From assembly GCA_032718475.1 (NCBI GenBank), contig JAUCBJ010001678.1, forward strand, positions 1 through 62,251: DNA of 62,251 nucleotides, given 5' to 3'. Numbering within the stretch: the stretch's first letter is position 1; each line of letters starts with the position of its first letter. A program made the position numbers and the translations under genes. This DNA comes from Nemertoderma westbladi (taxonomy: Eukaryota; Animalia; Xenacoelomorpha). Under the pieces are notes generated by a model. It saw only the letters and a list, made by a program, of their open reading frames with translations, did no database searches and was not told where the DNA came from. Shown one piece after another: positions 47,416 through 61,081 of this stretch.

Positions 47416-50400
47416 TTAACATTTTTGGCTGCAGGAATTGGCTTCTAAATGTTTGTTTAAATAAGTCTTTAAGTTGAAAGCTTTGTTGCACATCGTGCAG
47501 GTGTATCGTTTAGTGGTGGCGTGTGTGTGAATATGGGCACGGAGGTTGGATCTGTCTGCAAACGTCTTGCCACAGTTAGCGCAACCGTAAGGTCTTTCTC
47601 CTGCAAGGCAACATACATTTATTTATTTACGTTATAAATTGGTTAATAATGTTTATAACGGTACCGCGATACGTAGGCCTACTGGGGGTTGTACTGTAGT
47701 TTTATTTGGCCAGTTGGCCTATCTGTATCTAATTCAGTGCGCCTCGAGCTGGTATAGTATGAGTTGCCCACAAACATGATGACATAAATCTACGTCCTCG
47801 AATTTAGGAGCTCCTGTACTTCAAACTTTCTCAAAATAAACTTTACTGACTAACCCGTGTGGGAGCGTTGGTGTCCTTGTAACAGCCACGGCCGTGAGAA
47901 CATTTTGTTGCAGACGTCGCATTGATGGCCCAATTTATGTGTTAGAAGATGCATTGACAATGCTGGCATTGATACATAAGTCTGTCGGAGATAAAAAAAA
48001 GTTTGTTTAAATCTGGGGTTCCTTACTCCTCCACCGAGTATTGTAAGGCATTACGGCGTATACGTAACATATAAACATTACTTGGGATCTTTCTTTTTAA
48101 TGTTCGATTAAGTTTGTGTACAAATTTACTTGAAACTAATTTATGAATTAGATACTTCACACATCCCGTGGAAATCAAATTTTACACCGAAAAAACTTTT
48201 TACATTGTTTATTATTATTTATTTATAAATTACTACAAAGTATCTATTCATTTTTTAATGACGCAGAAAAATTTGAATAATACGGATATTTTTGTATATA
48301 GATAGATTTATTTATACATTATGTAAAAACAATAACAAATACTGTACATCAAACAATACAACAGGTATTGTCCAACAGGATTTCCCCTAAAGCTTTGCAG
48401 CTTATATATCAACAGATAGCGAAAATAATTTTTGTATTTTATAATAACATTTAATTCGCTCACGGGAATTCACGTCACGGGAATTGTTTGTTTTTCCTTT
48501 ACCTTGTTACAGACTTGGCATTATCACGGGAATTGTTTGTTTTTCCTTTACCTTGTTACAGACTTGGCATTATCACGGGAATTGTTTGTTTTTCCTTTAC
48601 CTTGTTACAGACTTGGCATTATCACGGGAATTGTTTGTTTTTCCTTTACCATGTTACAGACTTGGCATTATCACGGGAATTGTTTGTTTTTCCTTTACCT
48701 TGTTACAGACTTGGCATTATCACGGGAATTGTTTGTTTTTCCTTTACCTTGTTACAGACTTGGCATTATCACTGGAATTGTTTGTTTTCCCTTTACCTTG
48801 TTACAGACTTGGCATTATCACGGGAATTGTTTGTTTTTCCTTTACCTTGTTACAGACTTGGCATTATCACGGGAATTGTTTGTTTTTCCTTTACCTTGTT
48901 ACAGACTTGGCATTATCACGGGAATTGTTTGTTTTTCCTTTACCTTGTTACAGACCTGGCAATATCACGTGAATTAGTTTGTTTTTCCTTTACCTTGTTA
49001 CAGACTTGGCATTATCACGGGAATTGTTTGTTTTTCCCTTAACTTGTTACAGACTTGGCATTATCACGGGAATTGTTTGTTTTTCCTTTACATTGTTACA
49101 GACTTGGCATTATCACGGGAATTGTTTGTTTTTCCTTTACCTTGTTACAGACTTGGCATTATCACGGGAATTGTTTGTTTTTCCTTTACCTTGTTACAGA
49201 CTTGGCATTATCACGGGAATTGTTTGTTTTTCCTTTACCTTGTTACAGACTTGGCATTATCACGTGAATTAGTTTGTTTTTCCTTTACCTTGTTACAGAC
49301 TTGGCATTATCACGGGAATTGTTTGTTTTTCCTTTACCTTATTACAGACTTGGCATTATCACGGGAATTGTTTGTTTTTCCTTTACCTTGTTACAGACTT
49401 GGCATTATCACGGGAATTGTTTGATTTTCCTTTACCTTGTTACAGACTTGGCATTATCACGGGAATTGTTTGTTTTTCCTTTACCTTGTTACAGACTTGG
49501 CATTATAACGGGAATTGTTTGTTTTTCCTTTACCTTGTTACAGACTCGGCATTATCACGGGAATTGTTTGTTTTTCCTTTGCCTTGTTACAGACTTGGCA
49601 TTATCACGTGAATTGTTTGTTTTTCCTTTACCTTGTTACAGACTTGGCATTATCACGGGAATTGTTTGTTTTTCCTTTGCCTTGTTACAGACTTGGCATT
49701 ATCACGGGAATTGTTTGTTTTTCCTTTACCTTGTTACAGACTTGGCACTATCACGGGAATTGTTTGTTTTTCCTTTACCTTGTTATACAGACTTGGCATT
49801 ATCACGTGAATTGTTTGTTTTTCCTTTACCTTGTTACAGACTTGGCATTATCACGTGAATTGTTTGTTTTTCCTTTACCTTGTTACAGACTTGGCATTAT
49901 CACGGGAATTGTTTGTTTTTCCTTTACCTTGTTACAGACTTGGCACTATCACGGGAATTGTTTGTTTTTCCTTTACCTTGTTATACAGACTTGGCATTAT
50001 CACGGGAATTGTTTGTTTTTCCTTTACCTTGTTACAGACTTGGCACTATCACGGGAATTGTTTGTTTTTCCTTTACCTTGTTATACAGACTTGTCATTAT
50101 CACGGGAATTGTTTGTTTTTCCTTTACCTTGTTACAGACTTGGCATTATCACGGGAATTGTTTGTTTTTCCTTTACCTTGTTACAGATTTGGCATTATCA
50201 CGGGAATTGTTTGTTTTTCCTTTACCTTGTTAGAGACTTGGCATTATCACGTGAATTAGTTTGTTTTTCCTTTTTACCTTGTTACAGACTTGGCATTTCT
50301 TTGCGAGATCGCTGTCGTGACTTCTGTGAGTTTGTCTGTGGCGAGACAGATTAGAAGAGGTAGCGTAATCCTTTCCGCAGCTATTACATCTGAACCTGTT

Positions 50401-52311
50401 TAATTTATCGAATAACTAACTCTTACAATCTCTTACTATCATAATTGATTCAATTAATTACACCAACTCTCCATTACTATTGCATTGAGCCAATACATTA
50501 GACTTACTGTGTACAATAAAAAGTACAGCAATTGTCCATTAATACAAAAATCGTTTTACATATCTTTGGATATGTAATTTACATTATCTACATTTATATT
50601 ATATATACTATATTATTATATATATTATATATATACAATTTACATTAGTCTTGTATATTATTTATCACGCTCTATGTTTGCTCGTGAAACAAAAAACTTG
50701 AAAAGTTCCAAGGACATACTGTAGGGACTAAGGTAACACCCATGTAGGCCTATCTCTTACCTCGATTGTCCTTTATATTTAATCTCTTTATTGCCTTTAT
50801 TAGAACGGCCATCACTTCTCACTAAACTCTCGAACGTATGCAGGGAGATCTTGTTTGTTTTACAAGAACTCAATCGAACACCATACTGGTTATTGTTTCT
50901 ATCGTTACCATTGTCAACAATGTCTACGATTTTATTGCCAGCTTCTACAACTTCTTTGTCTGCGCAGTCGGGATCCGTAATATATTTACTATTTAATTCC
51001 TCTTGATTTTCCTTGAGACTGTCAACATCTTTGACTGAAAGTTCGGATTCAATTAAATTCTTTACTGGGGGTGTTGTCGCTAACATGATTGGTAATGCGG
51101 GGTAAGCGTGTAGGCCTGATAATAAGGGTTGCGTGAAGTTACTTGGGAAATACATTGTATTGTGGACATAGCCGTAGGCAACTGGGAAATAATATTGTAG
51201 AGGTAGAAAAAGTTGTGACGTTTGCAGTGCGGGAAATCCGTTCAAGGTAAGTTGGGTTGGGATATTCTGAGCTCGTTCGGTTTCACGGGTTGGTTTGTTG
51301 TTTTGGTTTTGGTATAGTTGGGTTGGGATATTCTGAGCTCGTTCGGTTTCGCGGGTTGGTTTGTTGTTTTGGTTTTGGTATAGTTGGGGTTCTGTCTTTG
51401 GGATAGACAAATCTAGAGGGGCTTTTATTGATGAATCCTCTGTAAAATATAGATGAGTTTTGAGGAAAAATAAAACTAATACTGAATTATTACCCTTATA
51501 GTCCAAGCTGCAACTTGGTCTAGTGGTGCATTCATGGGCTTCCGATTAGGAAGCCCTGGTTCGATCCCTAGATGGGGCAGCACAGTTTGGGCGCAGCGCT
51601 TTAAATGCTGCAACCTATCCCAACCCTGGCATTCATCCTTCAGTGGTCGATACATTGGAAGCAAGCCAACTCGGGAAACAGAGTGGAAGGGTTTTTCGTG
51701 GTGAACATGCATTCATTGGCACAATGAGCCAAAAGAAAATAATATCCTATTCATCATACCCTTATTATTATTTCAACCTGACTTATTGATCTAAATGCAG
51801 AAGTAATTTTCGCATGATGAACTCCATGTAAACAACGTGCGCGTACCCGGACCCCCTATGTTTCAAAGTTCATATTCTCTTCAAGGCGGTGTCCCAGTGT
51901 CTAAGACCAACATGTCTTAGACCTTGTGTGCTTTTGCTACCAGGTCTGGTGAATAATTTATTGATGCATAAGAAATAATTCAGTCAAAAGGCTACTGGTA
52001 TGTAATTTTGCAAGAAAAATTAAATACCGTATAACATTTACGAAATTGTAATTACTGTATTAATTGAATGTAGGCCTAATTTTAAATATAGTAATTATTA
52101 ATGATATTAACAATATTTCGCTTTCTTGGAATTTGTTGACGAAAAATATTAACTAACCTGGTTCACATTCTACTGTTTCATTTTTTTCTGTTTCAGTTTG
52201 AATAGATTCACATCTGCCGTTCTCGTTGCCGACAAGTGACCCTGTTTCCATGGCAAGGTAGTCACCATCGCTCCGTTTTCTATTTAATTTTACTAAAAAT
52301 GATCGAGGCAT
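47416..52311 (-). CDS. scrt: Scratch (Snail superfamily) C2H2 repressor; exons 52311-52158, 51439-50761, 50395-50278, 47981-47855, 47600-47416 (420 aa)
   Basis: [12 protein letters not shown]; PLDLS; five fingers [74 protein letters not shown] phases sum to 1263 nt. Confidence 0.93.
48470..50297 (-). repeat. 49-bp satellite (about 37 copies) spanning the scratch exon 3 / intron 3 junction
   Basis: Minus-strand unit AATGCCAAGTCTGTAACAAG|GTAAAGGAAAAACAAACAATTCCCGTGAT; the first 20 nt equal the end of exon 3. Confidence 0.95.
51507..51720 (+). mobile_element. tRNA-derived SINE in scratch intron 1
   Basis: A box TGGTCTAGTGG and B box GGTTCGATCCC; downstream TTCATCCTTCAGTGGTCGATA resembles a conserved (Nin-type) SINE core. 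The 3' end is uncertain. Confidence 0.7.
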
Positions 52312-54189
52312 AAATAGTTAATGTTCCTTTATAAACCGAATAAAAAAACAACCTGTTGACAGTATAAATAAATTACTGAAGATTTTTTAAAATGAATTAT
52401 TCGAAAGCCTTCTGAAGTAAATGCGATACCATATGAAAACCGAGTTTTATCTTCGGAGGACTAACCGAACTCCAATCGAAACTTACTTAGTCCCCCGTAG
52501 TACATCGGAAACCTTTTTACTAAATTAATCCCGGAACGTGGATAACTTCCCGTATTTATACAGAGCTTGTTGCTCGTGCCATACCGCAGTTCCGCACTGC
52601 GGTAAGGTGTGCGCAGCCCGTAAATCGGTATTTAATCCTTTTGTAAGCGCGTACGCACACAGAGCGCCGCTAACGACACCTGCTAGATTAATAACGGACG
52701 ACAAGGCTCGTTGCTAACATTGGCTGTCGTAGAACGATCAATTTTTGATTTGTTGAATGGTCCCGGTTTAAGACAGGCAAATCGCGACTGAGAACAATGC
52801 AAGCGCCCCTTAACTTGATTGGAGTTTTATTCGAATTCGTAGGGGTTGCTTTTTTATTAACTTGTTGACTTGGTGGTAATGTACCCCGTCGTTTTATTTG
52901 ATGGGGTGGGGAAATTGTTGCGGATTCTGTTGAATAATAATAGTTAGATACGGGAGGTGAGGGAGGGGGGGGGGGGGGGGGGGGGTGTTCTCAAAGGAAA
53001 TAGGCGGACGTGAGGAAAAGGACGCATAATATATACTGTAAGTTGCTTAGGTTATTTTAGGAATAAGATTGATTTACTATCGTAAATTATTATATTTCAC
53101 ACTTTAAGCGAAAATGGGAAGGAATAAAACTAGAAATTAGGTCTACTTTAGGCATTAATCACTAACCTAAAAAATTGCCGCTATTTATTTTCAAATAGAA
53201 TCTACTTTTATACTAGCTGGCGGTGCTGGCGCACCGCGAAAGAATCTCTCGCACTCTAGCTCGCGCACTCTAACTTCAGACGACTGTTCAACTGTCTACG
53301 TCTTCGTTCAAGTTACACTCAAAATAATATTATTACAAGTTCTTCTAAATAGGACTTATTCCTGTAAATGTATTCACTATCTACAGTATCTATGTATGTA
53401 TGCATATCGGGTGAACTCCTCAGAAGCTATAGTTCGTATGTCAATGAAAATTATATCAATCAACGCAGCTCAACCCCAGGACGTGGGAAAATAAGTTTCG
53501 AAACAAATTATTAAAGTGTCTTTTTTTATTTCGAAAAATAACCCCATTAATATGAAAATTGCAATAGACTCAATGATGAAACACCAGCTGATGGTGCTCA
53601 TGAGGGCCTAGTAAGCTACTACTATTGATTGAATGGATAGGCCCAAACTGCAGAGAAGTATATTACTTGCCAAGTTTATTTTATTGCTCTCTCACTCTAT
53701 CACAGACAAGTAATCAAATATCAACTCACTCTATCCATTTAAGTAATCAAATACTGTTGAATAGCCGCCAGCTGAATAGCTCTTCCCAGTGTGCCAAATA
53801 ATAGTATAATTATTATTGTAGTATAGTAGGCCTATACCTGTTATTGTAGCTCTAGCCAATCAGGAAGCTAAATTCTACAACACGTTTTTTCTTCATCATG
53901 TCCAAAAATCTGCGGAAAAATGGAGACAGGAAAGAAGCTAAGAGATTCTTAATAAGATGCTAGTGGTAAAAGAACATTCTAGTTTATTTCTAAATCTACC
54001 TTGTAATCTTTAAAAAAAAAGATACCCACTAGCCAGTCCTAAAAATATACATAAATATCCTGGAGTGTGATAATTCGTTGGTGGGTCAATTAATTTTAAC
54101 ATTGAAACATTTACAGAAAGTAGTGTTTGCAATGATTGCCTACAGGACTATCAGTCACACCGCATCTTTTTTTAAACCTTTATAATGAA

Positions 54190-57100
54190 ACCAATGCCTC
54201 AGAGCCAGAACAAGCAGTCAAGTTTATGAAGAACTGACTGGACTTATAAAGGACATTCCGAAACACAATGTTACAGTCATTGCTGGTGACCTGAATGCGC
54301 AAATTGGCCCAGAAGACATCAAGGGTTACACCTACTGTATAACACCAGTTCTAACAAAAATGGGTACTTACAGTACAGGCCACCAGAAAACGCAGATTTG
54401 TACAATTGTGAACACATTTTATCAAATGTGTACCAGTGTAATGTAATGTTGTTGAACGGGACAATTGAACATAATTGAACATAATTGAATTGGCAACAAC
54501 CAAAATTTTTTCGCCAAAGGATACAATTGAATACTTTTGAAACGCTTAGTAATCTGGAAACTCTCTGTAGTTTGCCGCGAACTGTCACTCACTGCAGCTG
54601 GAAATGAGATAAGGATTTTGTTTACCTTTATAGTGTGCGGTTAATAGTGTCTATTAGGCAGGCCTATAGTTACTGATGTTAAGGCATCTTCTGGTGTTTA
54701 TCTGTGCCCTCTCGGTACCAGACTAATGGCGCGACATCTCCCTGCACTAAATTAATTATTCAATGGTCTAGGCTCCTCCATCCATATACCCATCCACTCC
54801 CATACACTCAATGAACTTCCATGTGGTCTTGTATGTAGTTCTCTCTCTACCAATACAGCCCATGTCCGCAATGTTACGCCCTGGGGGCTCTCTCATCTAC
54901 CTGATATCAGACATACAGGCGCACCGCACACAAAGCCTTTGTCGGTCCCAGCAAGTTATCCTCCTGCTGTGTGATCTAGAAGATATCTCGCCATAACCTG
55001 CCAATCAGATGACTTGAACAAATGTGTTCACATGTGATCACAATGGATGAAATCTGCTTTTTCTGGTGGCCTGTACTGTACTTTTGGACCTAATGGAAGA
55101 ATGTGAATTGATACCAACAAACAACACATTCGAAAAGAGTAAGGGGAAGCTATGGACCTTTCAATACCCTAATGGAACCAAAGCACAACTGGATTACATC
55201 CTTATAAACAAAAAGTGGAGAAACAGCATTATCAACTGCGAGGCATACAGCTCGTTCAACCTAATTGGTTCGGACCACAGAATTGTGACTGCAGAGATCA
55301 GACTCAGTTTGAGAGCCAGCAAACCCAGGACAAGCAAGCAAATCAAATATGACTGGGAAAAACTCAGAAGTGACAATGCTGTAAAGGATGCTTATACAGT
55401 AGAAGTTCAAAACCGCTTTGAAGCACCTCAGTCAATGGATGAAGACCAATCCACCAATTCAATATACCAGAATATAATAACAGCCCACAAGGAATCAGCT
55501 AAGAGGCATATCCCCCAGAAACCCAAACGAAAACAATATGTGCCATGGCAAAACTCTGAGGTTACTTGTAAGAGAGAAGATCTTAAGATAGCCTACAAAG
55601 TTAAAACCGAACAACCAACAACCGAAAACATTAACAAGGTTGAGAAAGCTAAGGACGATCTTAAATTGGCCTACAACATCAGCCAGGAAAAGTACATACA
55701 GGATAAAACTGAAGCAATTACAACTGCTCACATACAGCAACAATCAAGACTTACCTGGCAAACTGTAAATGAGGTATCTGGTCGGAAAAGTTGTGCAAAG
55801 GGGCGCCTCAAAGCCGATAGTCCTGAAGAACGTGTTGGGAAGTGGAAAAATCACTTCAGCAACTTGCTTGGGCAGCCACCAAACATCGAGGTCAGCCCTA
55901 CAAGGAAAATATATGACAAGACACTACCTATAGAAACAGGGGACTTCACACCTGCCGAACATGCATTAAAAGCATGTCCAATAATAAAGCGAGTGGATTA
56001 GATGAAATCCCAGCGGAGGTATGGAAAACCGGAGTGCTAAACAGACCATTATTGAATGTTTGCAACCGGATGTTAAAAGGGGAAAGGCTACCACCAATTT
56101 GGACAAAAGGTCAACTAAAGCCTCTCCCCAAGAAAGGAGACCTCGGCATACCAACAAACTATCGTGGGATCTGTCTGCTTGTGGTAGCTGCCAAAATATA
56201 CAATAAAATGATTCTATATAGGATTAGGCCTCACATAGAGAAACTACTGCATAAGAGCCAAAACGGATTTCGACCAAGTAGATCAACAATAGCTCAGATA
56301 CTTGCACTACGGAGACTGATTGAAGGAATTAAGTCAAAGAATCTCCCCGCTGTCATGACTTTTGTGGATTTCAAGAAGGCATTCGACTCCATCCATAGAG
56401 GTAAAATGCTTGAAATCCTAAGAGCTTATGGAGTACCAGAAGTAATTGTTGCTGGCATTGGATTGTTATATTGTGACACAGAAGCGCAGGTACTCTCACC
56501 AGATGGTGAAACTGAGTTTTTCTCAATCCTGGCTGGCGTACTGCAAGGTGACACATTAGCACCATTACTATTTGTAATTGTGCTGGATTACGCAATGATG
56601 ACGGCCACAAAGGGTGAAGATCTGGGATTCACACTTCAAGAACGCAGAAGTAGTAGATATCCGGCAACTACAGTCACAGACACCGACTTTGCGGATGACA
56701 TCGCCCTGCTCTCTAATACGCTAGCAGATGCACAGCTTCTACTAAATAAAGTGGAGAGGGTTACTAAGGAGGTTGGATTGCATATAAATGCTACCAAGAC
56801 CGAATTCATGACCTTTAATGTTGATGGAAACTTGACAACCATTGATAATAATCAATCAGGAAGGTCGATGACTTCCAGTACCTTGGATCATGGATAGAGA
56901 GTAGCAAAAAGGAAATAGAAGTTAGGAAAGCAAAGACTTGGGTAGCTCTATCAAAAAGGGATACCATCTGGAAATCAGATCTCTCCAGGCACCTGAAGAC
57001 TAAGTTCTTTCGAGCAACAGTGGAAAGTGTATTTTTATACGGGGGTGAGACCTGGACACTGACTAAATCACTTGAACAACGAATTGATGGTTGCTACACA

Positions 57101-57289
57101 AGACTACTAAGGGCAGCCCTAACCATCAGCTGGAGACAACACATGACAAACGCCGATCTTTATGGTACAATACCATACTACCTGTATCAACCACCCTCCG
57201 TGAACGCAGATTAAGATTCAATGGGCACTGCTGGCCATGCTGGTCATTTCCACTGTCCGAGTTCGCTCGACCTAGTAGTAGTAGTAGTT
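54190..57289 (+). mobile_element. RTE LINE, 5'-truncated and frameshifted (endonuclease + RT)
   Basis: AGDLNAQIG, LDYIL, SDHRIV, NYRGICL, QNGFR, FVDFKKAFDS, GVLQGDTLAP, FADD; (TAG)n tail at about 57273-57289. Confidence 0.95.
54371..55078. mobile_element. Non-autonomous Tc1/mariner-type element inserted in the RTE
   Basis: TIRs CAGTACAGGCCACCAGAAAA, TA TSD; removal restores NGYLLLDLMEE. Confidence 0.88.
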
Positions 57290-58769
57290 ATAATGAAACG
57301 TGGATGCGAGGATTCCAAATCTGTAAAAAAATGTCTGAATTTCGCAGAATCATGGCAAGTACCCCTGTAGTAAAACTACATTCCGGTACACCATTGCATG
57401 TATGTAAAGTAAAAGGCGTTCTCACCGTTAGGACAAGCCCTATGTGTGTACTGTAGTTATGTATGCTTCGCTCACTGTGGTCGCTTTGTACATAACCATT
57501 AAACCGGGGTTCTTAACTTTGAGAGGTGCTACCTTAAAAAGGCTGTCAGTTTGCGATTTTGAGAATAAATTAGATAAAAATTTTGACAAAAAATTTGTCT
57601 TCTGCAATAATAAGTATGCAACATCTATAATCGTACAAATGTTGAATCATCTAATAAATAACATTAGGTACGCGTAGCACCAAATCAAATATATTGAGAA
57701 CAACTAAAGGAATTAATTATGCACCAGAATGAAGTAACTTTCAACAAATATAGTAAACAATTGATTATTCTAAACCGCACAGAAGATATTACGATTACGG
57801 TTAAACTATACATTAATCGATATAGTTTTAGAATAATTTTGAAAAAACTAAGTTTCTCAAGTAGTATATGCAAAAAACCTGCACATCTTAAGAAAATGAC
57901 ATCCTCCCATAGATATTAAATGGCCACAAACAAGGACTCATTTACACAATCCCCCCCATCGGCCACGTAACTAGAATGTATCACCGGCCGGTCCGCCAAC
58001 CAACACCTCCAACTGTTTGCGATCAGCCATGTAACTCCCCAATTCACCCCCCACATTATCAGGACCAATTGTGTCTTAAAATAGGTTTATGGAACGTCAA
58101 TGACTGACCCCTGGCCGTCACGTCTCATCTCGCCTGCCGGCTGCCACAGTACGAGACCATATACAGCGTGATCGGTCCTACGATGCCGCATGTCAGTGAC
58201 CGGCAAGTCTCTTCCACCGTGCCTGCAGGGTGGAGCTTGGCTTCGGCAACTATCTATCACTATGGAGATTGTACATCACCGCGGTAGTTCTAGAACCACC
58301 CAAAAAATTGCAAACTTGAGTTTTGTTTTTGGTGATGAAAGCGACAATTTGGTAAATAACAACAACGATTATATCTTTATCTACGAGGGTTTAGGTATTG
58401 TTAAATATTTTGTGTAAAACTACTAACTATTTATTGTATTTGGTGAATAAGTATAATAATAATAGACAAAACAAATATATGTGATCAAGGGCTAGCCACA
58501 GTAACCAGTGTAGTGTGTGTTGTGAATTTAGGGCTAAATACAATGCACAAAATTACATCAACTTACTGGTATAACAAAACTTAATCAAATTAACCAAATT
58601 AACTTAACCAAATTGTTATGTTGCTCCTTCAATGCACAACTTGTCAAACTCTCAAAATACCATAGTGTTCGCTCGACCGCATAGCTTGTTGTAAAATAAT
58701 GGAAGTCCTTCTAGTTTAAAGGCTTTTCATTATTACAAATAAATTGTAGAAAAACTAACTATTTACTCT

Positions 58770-61081
58770 TTATTTAGCTCCTTTCTTATTATTACTAAAT
58801 TTCTTTTTAAATTCTTCGAATTCTCTTAACTCCTTCTCCCCTCTGGGACTGTCAGCTCGGTAACCATTACCTCGCTGCCACGCGTACGTGTTACCGTTAG
58901 CAACGGGCGGTTTATTCGCGGGCAGCGGTGCCTTGCGTGGCGGGGCGACCCGCCGCCGCTCCACCGGTATCATCGACGGCGTGAATAAACCCACGACTCT
59001 GTAGTAATCCACGAAGGTTCTCCCGAGATTGTGACCGAGTTTCACGTAGGCTTCCTCGGTGTACGGGACCACCTGATGGTTAGCGTTCAGATAGCAGTAA
59101 AGGGAAACCTCGAGGGTGTACGAGAGAACGCGCTCGTCCAAACTCCCACCGAAACACCGCCTACCCGTTCCTGCCTTCACGACGTCCCGATTGTAGTTGG
59201 TGTTAGTAAGCGAGAAATCCTCGGAGTTATTGCACAATAGTTTAGGGAATATCGATTGTTTATCGAATCTTTCGTCGTCATCAAACGCGTTTCCGTACAT
59301 AAACCCGTTCATTAGCGTCGAGTGCGCGTGGATATCGATGTAGAAATCGACGGATGTTCCCGGAGTAGAATCCATGTTAGTGAGGAGTTTCCTGACTGCG
59401 AATAGCGAAGGGTGAGCCCAGGGGGAGGGCTCCAACCACTGCCGATTCAAATCGAATCCCATGAGGGAAGTCCGGTAGTTTCCGAGGTAGACTCCGTCTG
59501 GGTTGAGCATCGGCACGAGTTTAAAGACGAGGTGCTCGCGAAGGAGTCGAGCTAACGGGTTGAAACTCACGAGGAAGTCAAGGAGACCTTGGACTACGTA
59601 TGAGGCCGGAGTCTCGCCCGGATGGACGCGGCTGGTTACGAATATTACTTTAGTTTGACTCTTGGAGTGGAGGTTTCTCGGATGGGTTATCGTTACTAGG
59701 TCTACGCGTCGTTGTTGCACAGTAACAGCGAGGAGTTCCCGCGTGTAGAAGTCCATGTGCCGTTTGTCCAACATGTCCAGGTAACCTAATGGATAATATT
59801 TGCCAATAAAATTGTTTTTGTAGAAATGAGTTATTAATTAGTCCGGCTTTATATGGGTGATTCTGATTTTTGCATATATTGTCTATTTCTGACGCAAAGA
59901 ATTAAAAATGTTGCAAAGAAAAGGACGAATGTGTCACTTTAGTATTCAATTTACTGCGGAAAACGAACATAATATTTCCTTCGTAGTGTTACTTATAATA
60001 CATCACATCAAGGAATTAGGAAACCCCATTTTAAGGAACATTTTTATGATTTTGACACCATTGCTTTCAAACACATAATAATGTGAGGTGTAGTTATTGA
60101 AATTATTTGGCTGTAAGTTAAATTCAACAAATTAAATCAATTCCATTGAAATTCTGGAATGTTATTTTCCCATATTACAACCATGAATTTAAAATAGATC
60201 CATGTTATTGAATAAATTTTCTAAATTAACTTAATATATACCACTTAATAACTTGGAATAGAGTTTGTTCCTATTGGAATAAATAAATAGTGAAATCGGT
60301 CTCTAACACACGACTGGAGTTTCTAAATTCGTATTAGTTTGTCATATTCAGGTAGAATTTCTTACTCTTTCTGCCGTATTAGGATTTATTGATGACTAAC
60401 AATATTACCTACATAAATTAGTCAAAACATTTCAGCATTTACTAGATACTTCACCAAGGCAAGGTACTCCGCTATATCTGCCAGACTAAATAGCTTAAAT
60501 AAATATTGTCTTAAGTTACGTTCGTTACCTTGGAGTCGAGTGTAGGTATATGGATAGGAGTAGGCGAACTGATAAACCTCCTCCCTATCGAAGCAGAAAG
60601 CGAACGACATCACGTAGTTCTTGTGGTGTTCCGGCGATCGGTAATAGAAAACGTTCTTAGAGGCGACGCGTTGCCATCTTGGACGACTGCTACTTTTCAC
60701 CATCGGACTCATTCCTTCCCGGTAAAGACTTTTATTTTTACTAAAATTTACAACATTGAAAATAACCCTTTGGTCTTTAGCGACGTTGGAAACTGTAAAA
60801 TTAAACCAGACGCGAAAACGCGAGTTACAAGTGTCCGGCCTGATGAATAAATCGTATTCGTGATCGGAAATCCAGTCGACACGTCCGAGATTCCCGGACT
60901 CGAAACAGGCGTCGAATATCGGAGTCCCTTTCCGCGTCCGGGATGGGGGATCCGTTCCGGGAGGTAGCGCCGCGAAGCGGTTCACGTTGCCGATGGCCGG
61001 GCCCAGGAGGACAGAGGAGGTTCTACCGTCACCCGAACCGCTGCTCAGGTCACCTGGTTTCATATCCATCGGTTTGGTCAT
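58770..61081 (-). CDS. AGBL4: Cytosolic carboxypeptidase 6 (M14D tubulin deglutamylase); exons 61081-60529 and 59785-58770 (522 aa)
   Basis: FDACFESGNLGRV, EYDLFIRPDTCN.RFRVWFNF, YPYTY, RVHPGETP, PMLNPDGV, DLNR, DIHAHS, YTLEVS; one GT-AG intron keeps the frame (1569 nt). Confidence 0.93.

Noticed and set aside
48470-50297. CRISPR-like regular array and many overlapping + strand ORFs
   Set aside because: Units are head-to-tail with no unique spacers, there are no cas genes and the context is eukaryotic; the ORFs are translations of the repeat.
51507-51580. tRNA gene
   Set aside because: A and B boxes are present but the cloverleaf is poor and the sequence runs into a SINE-like body.
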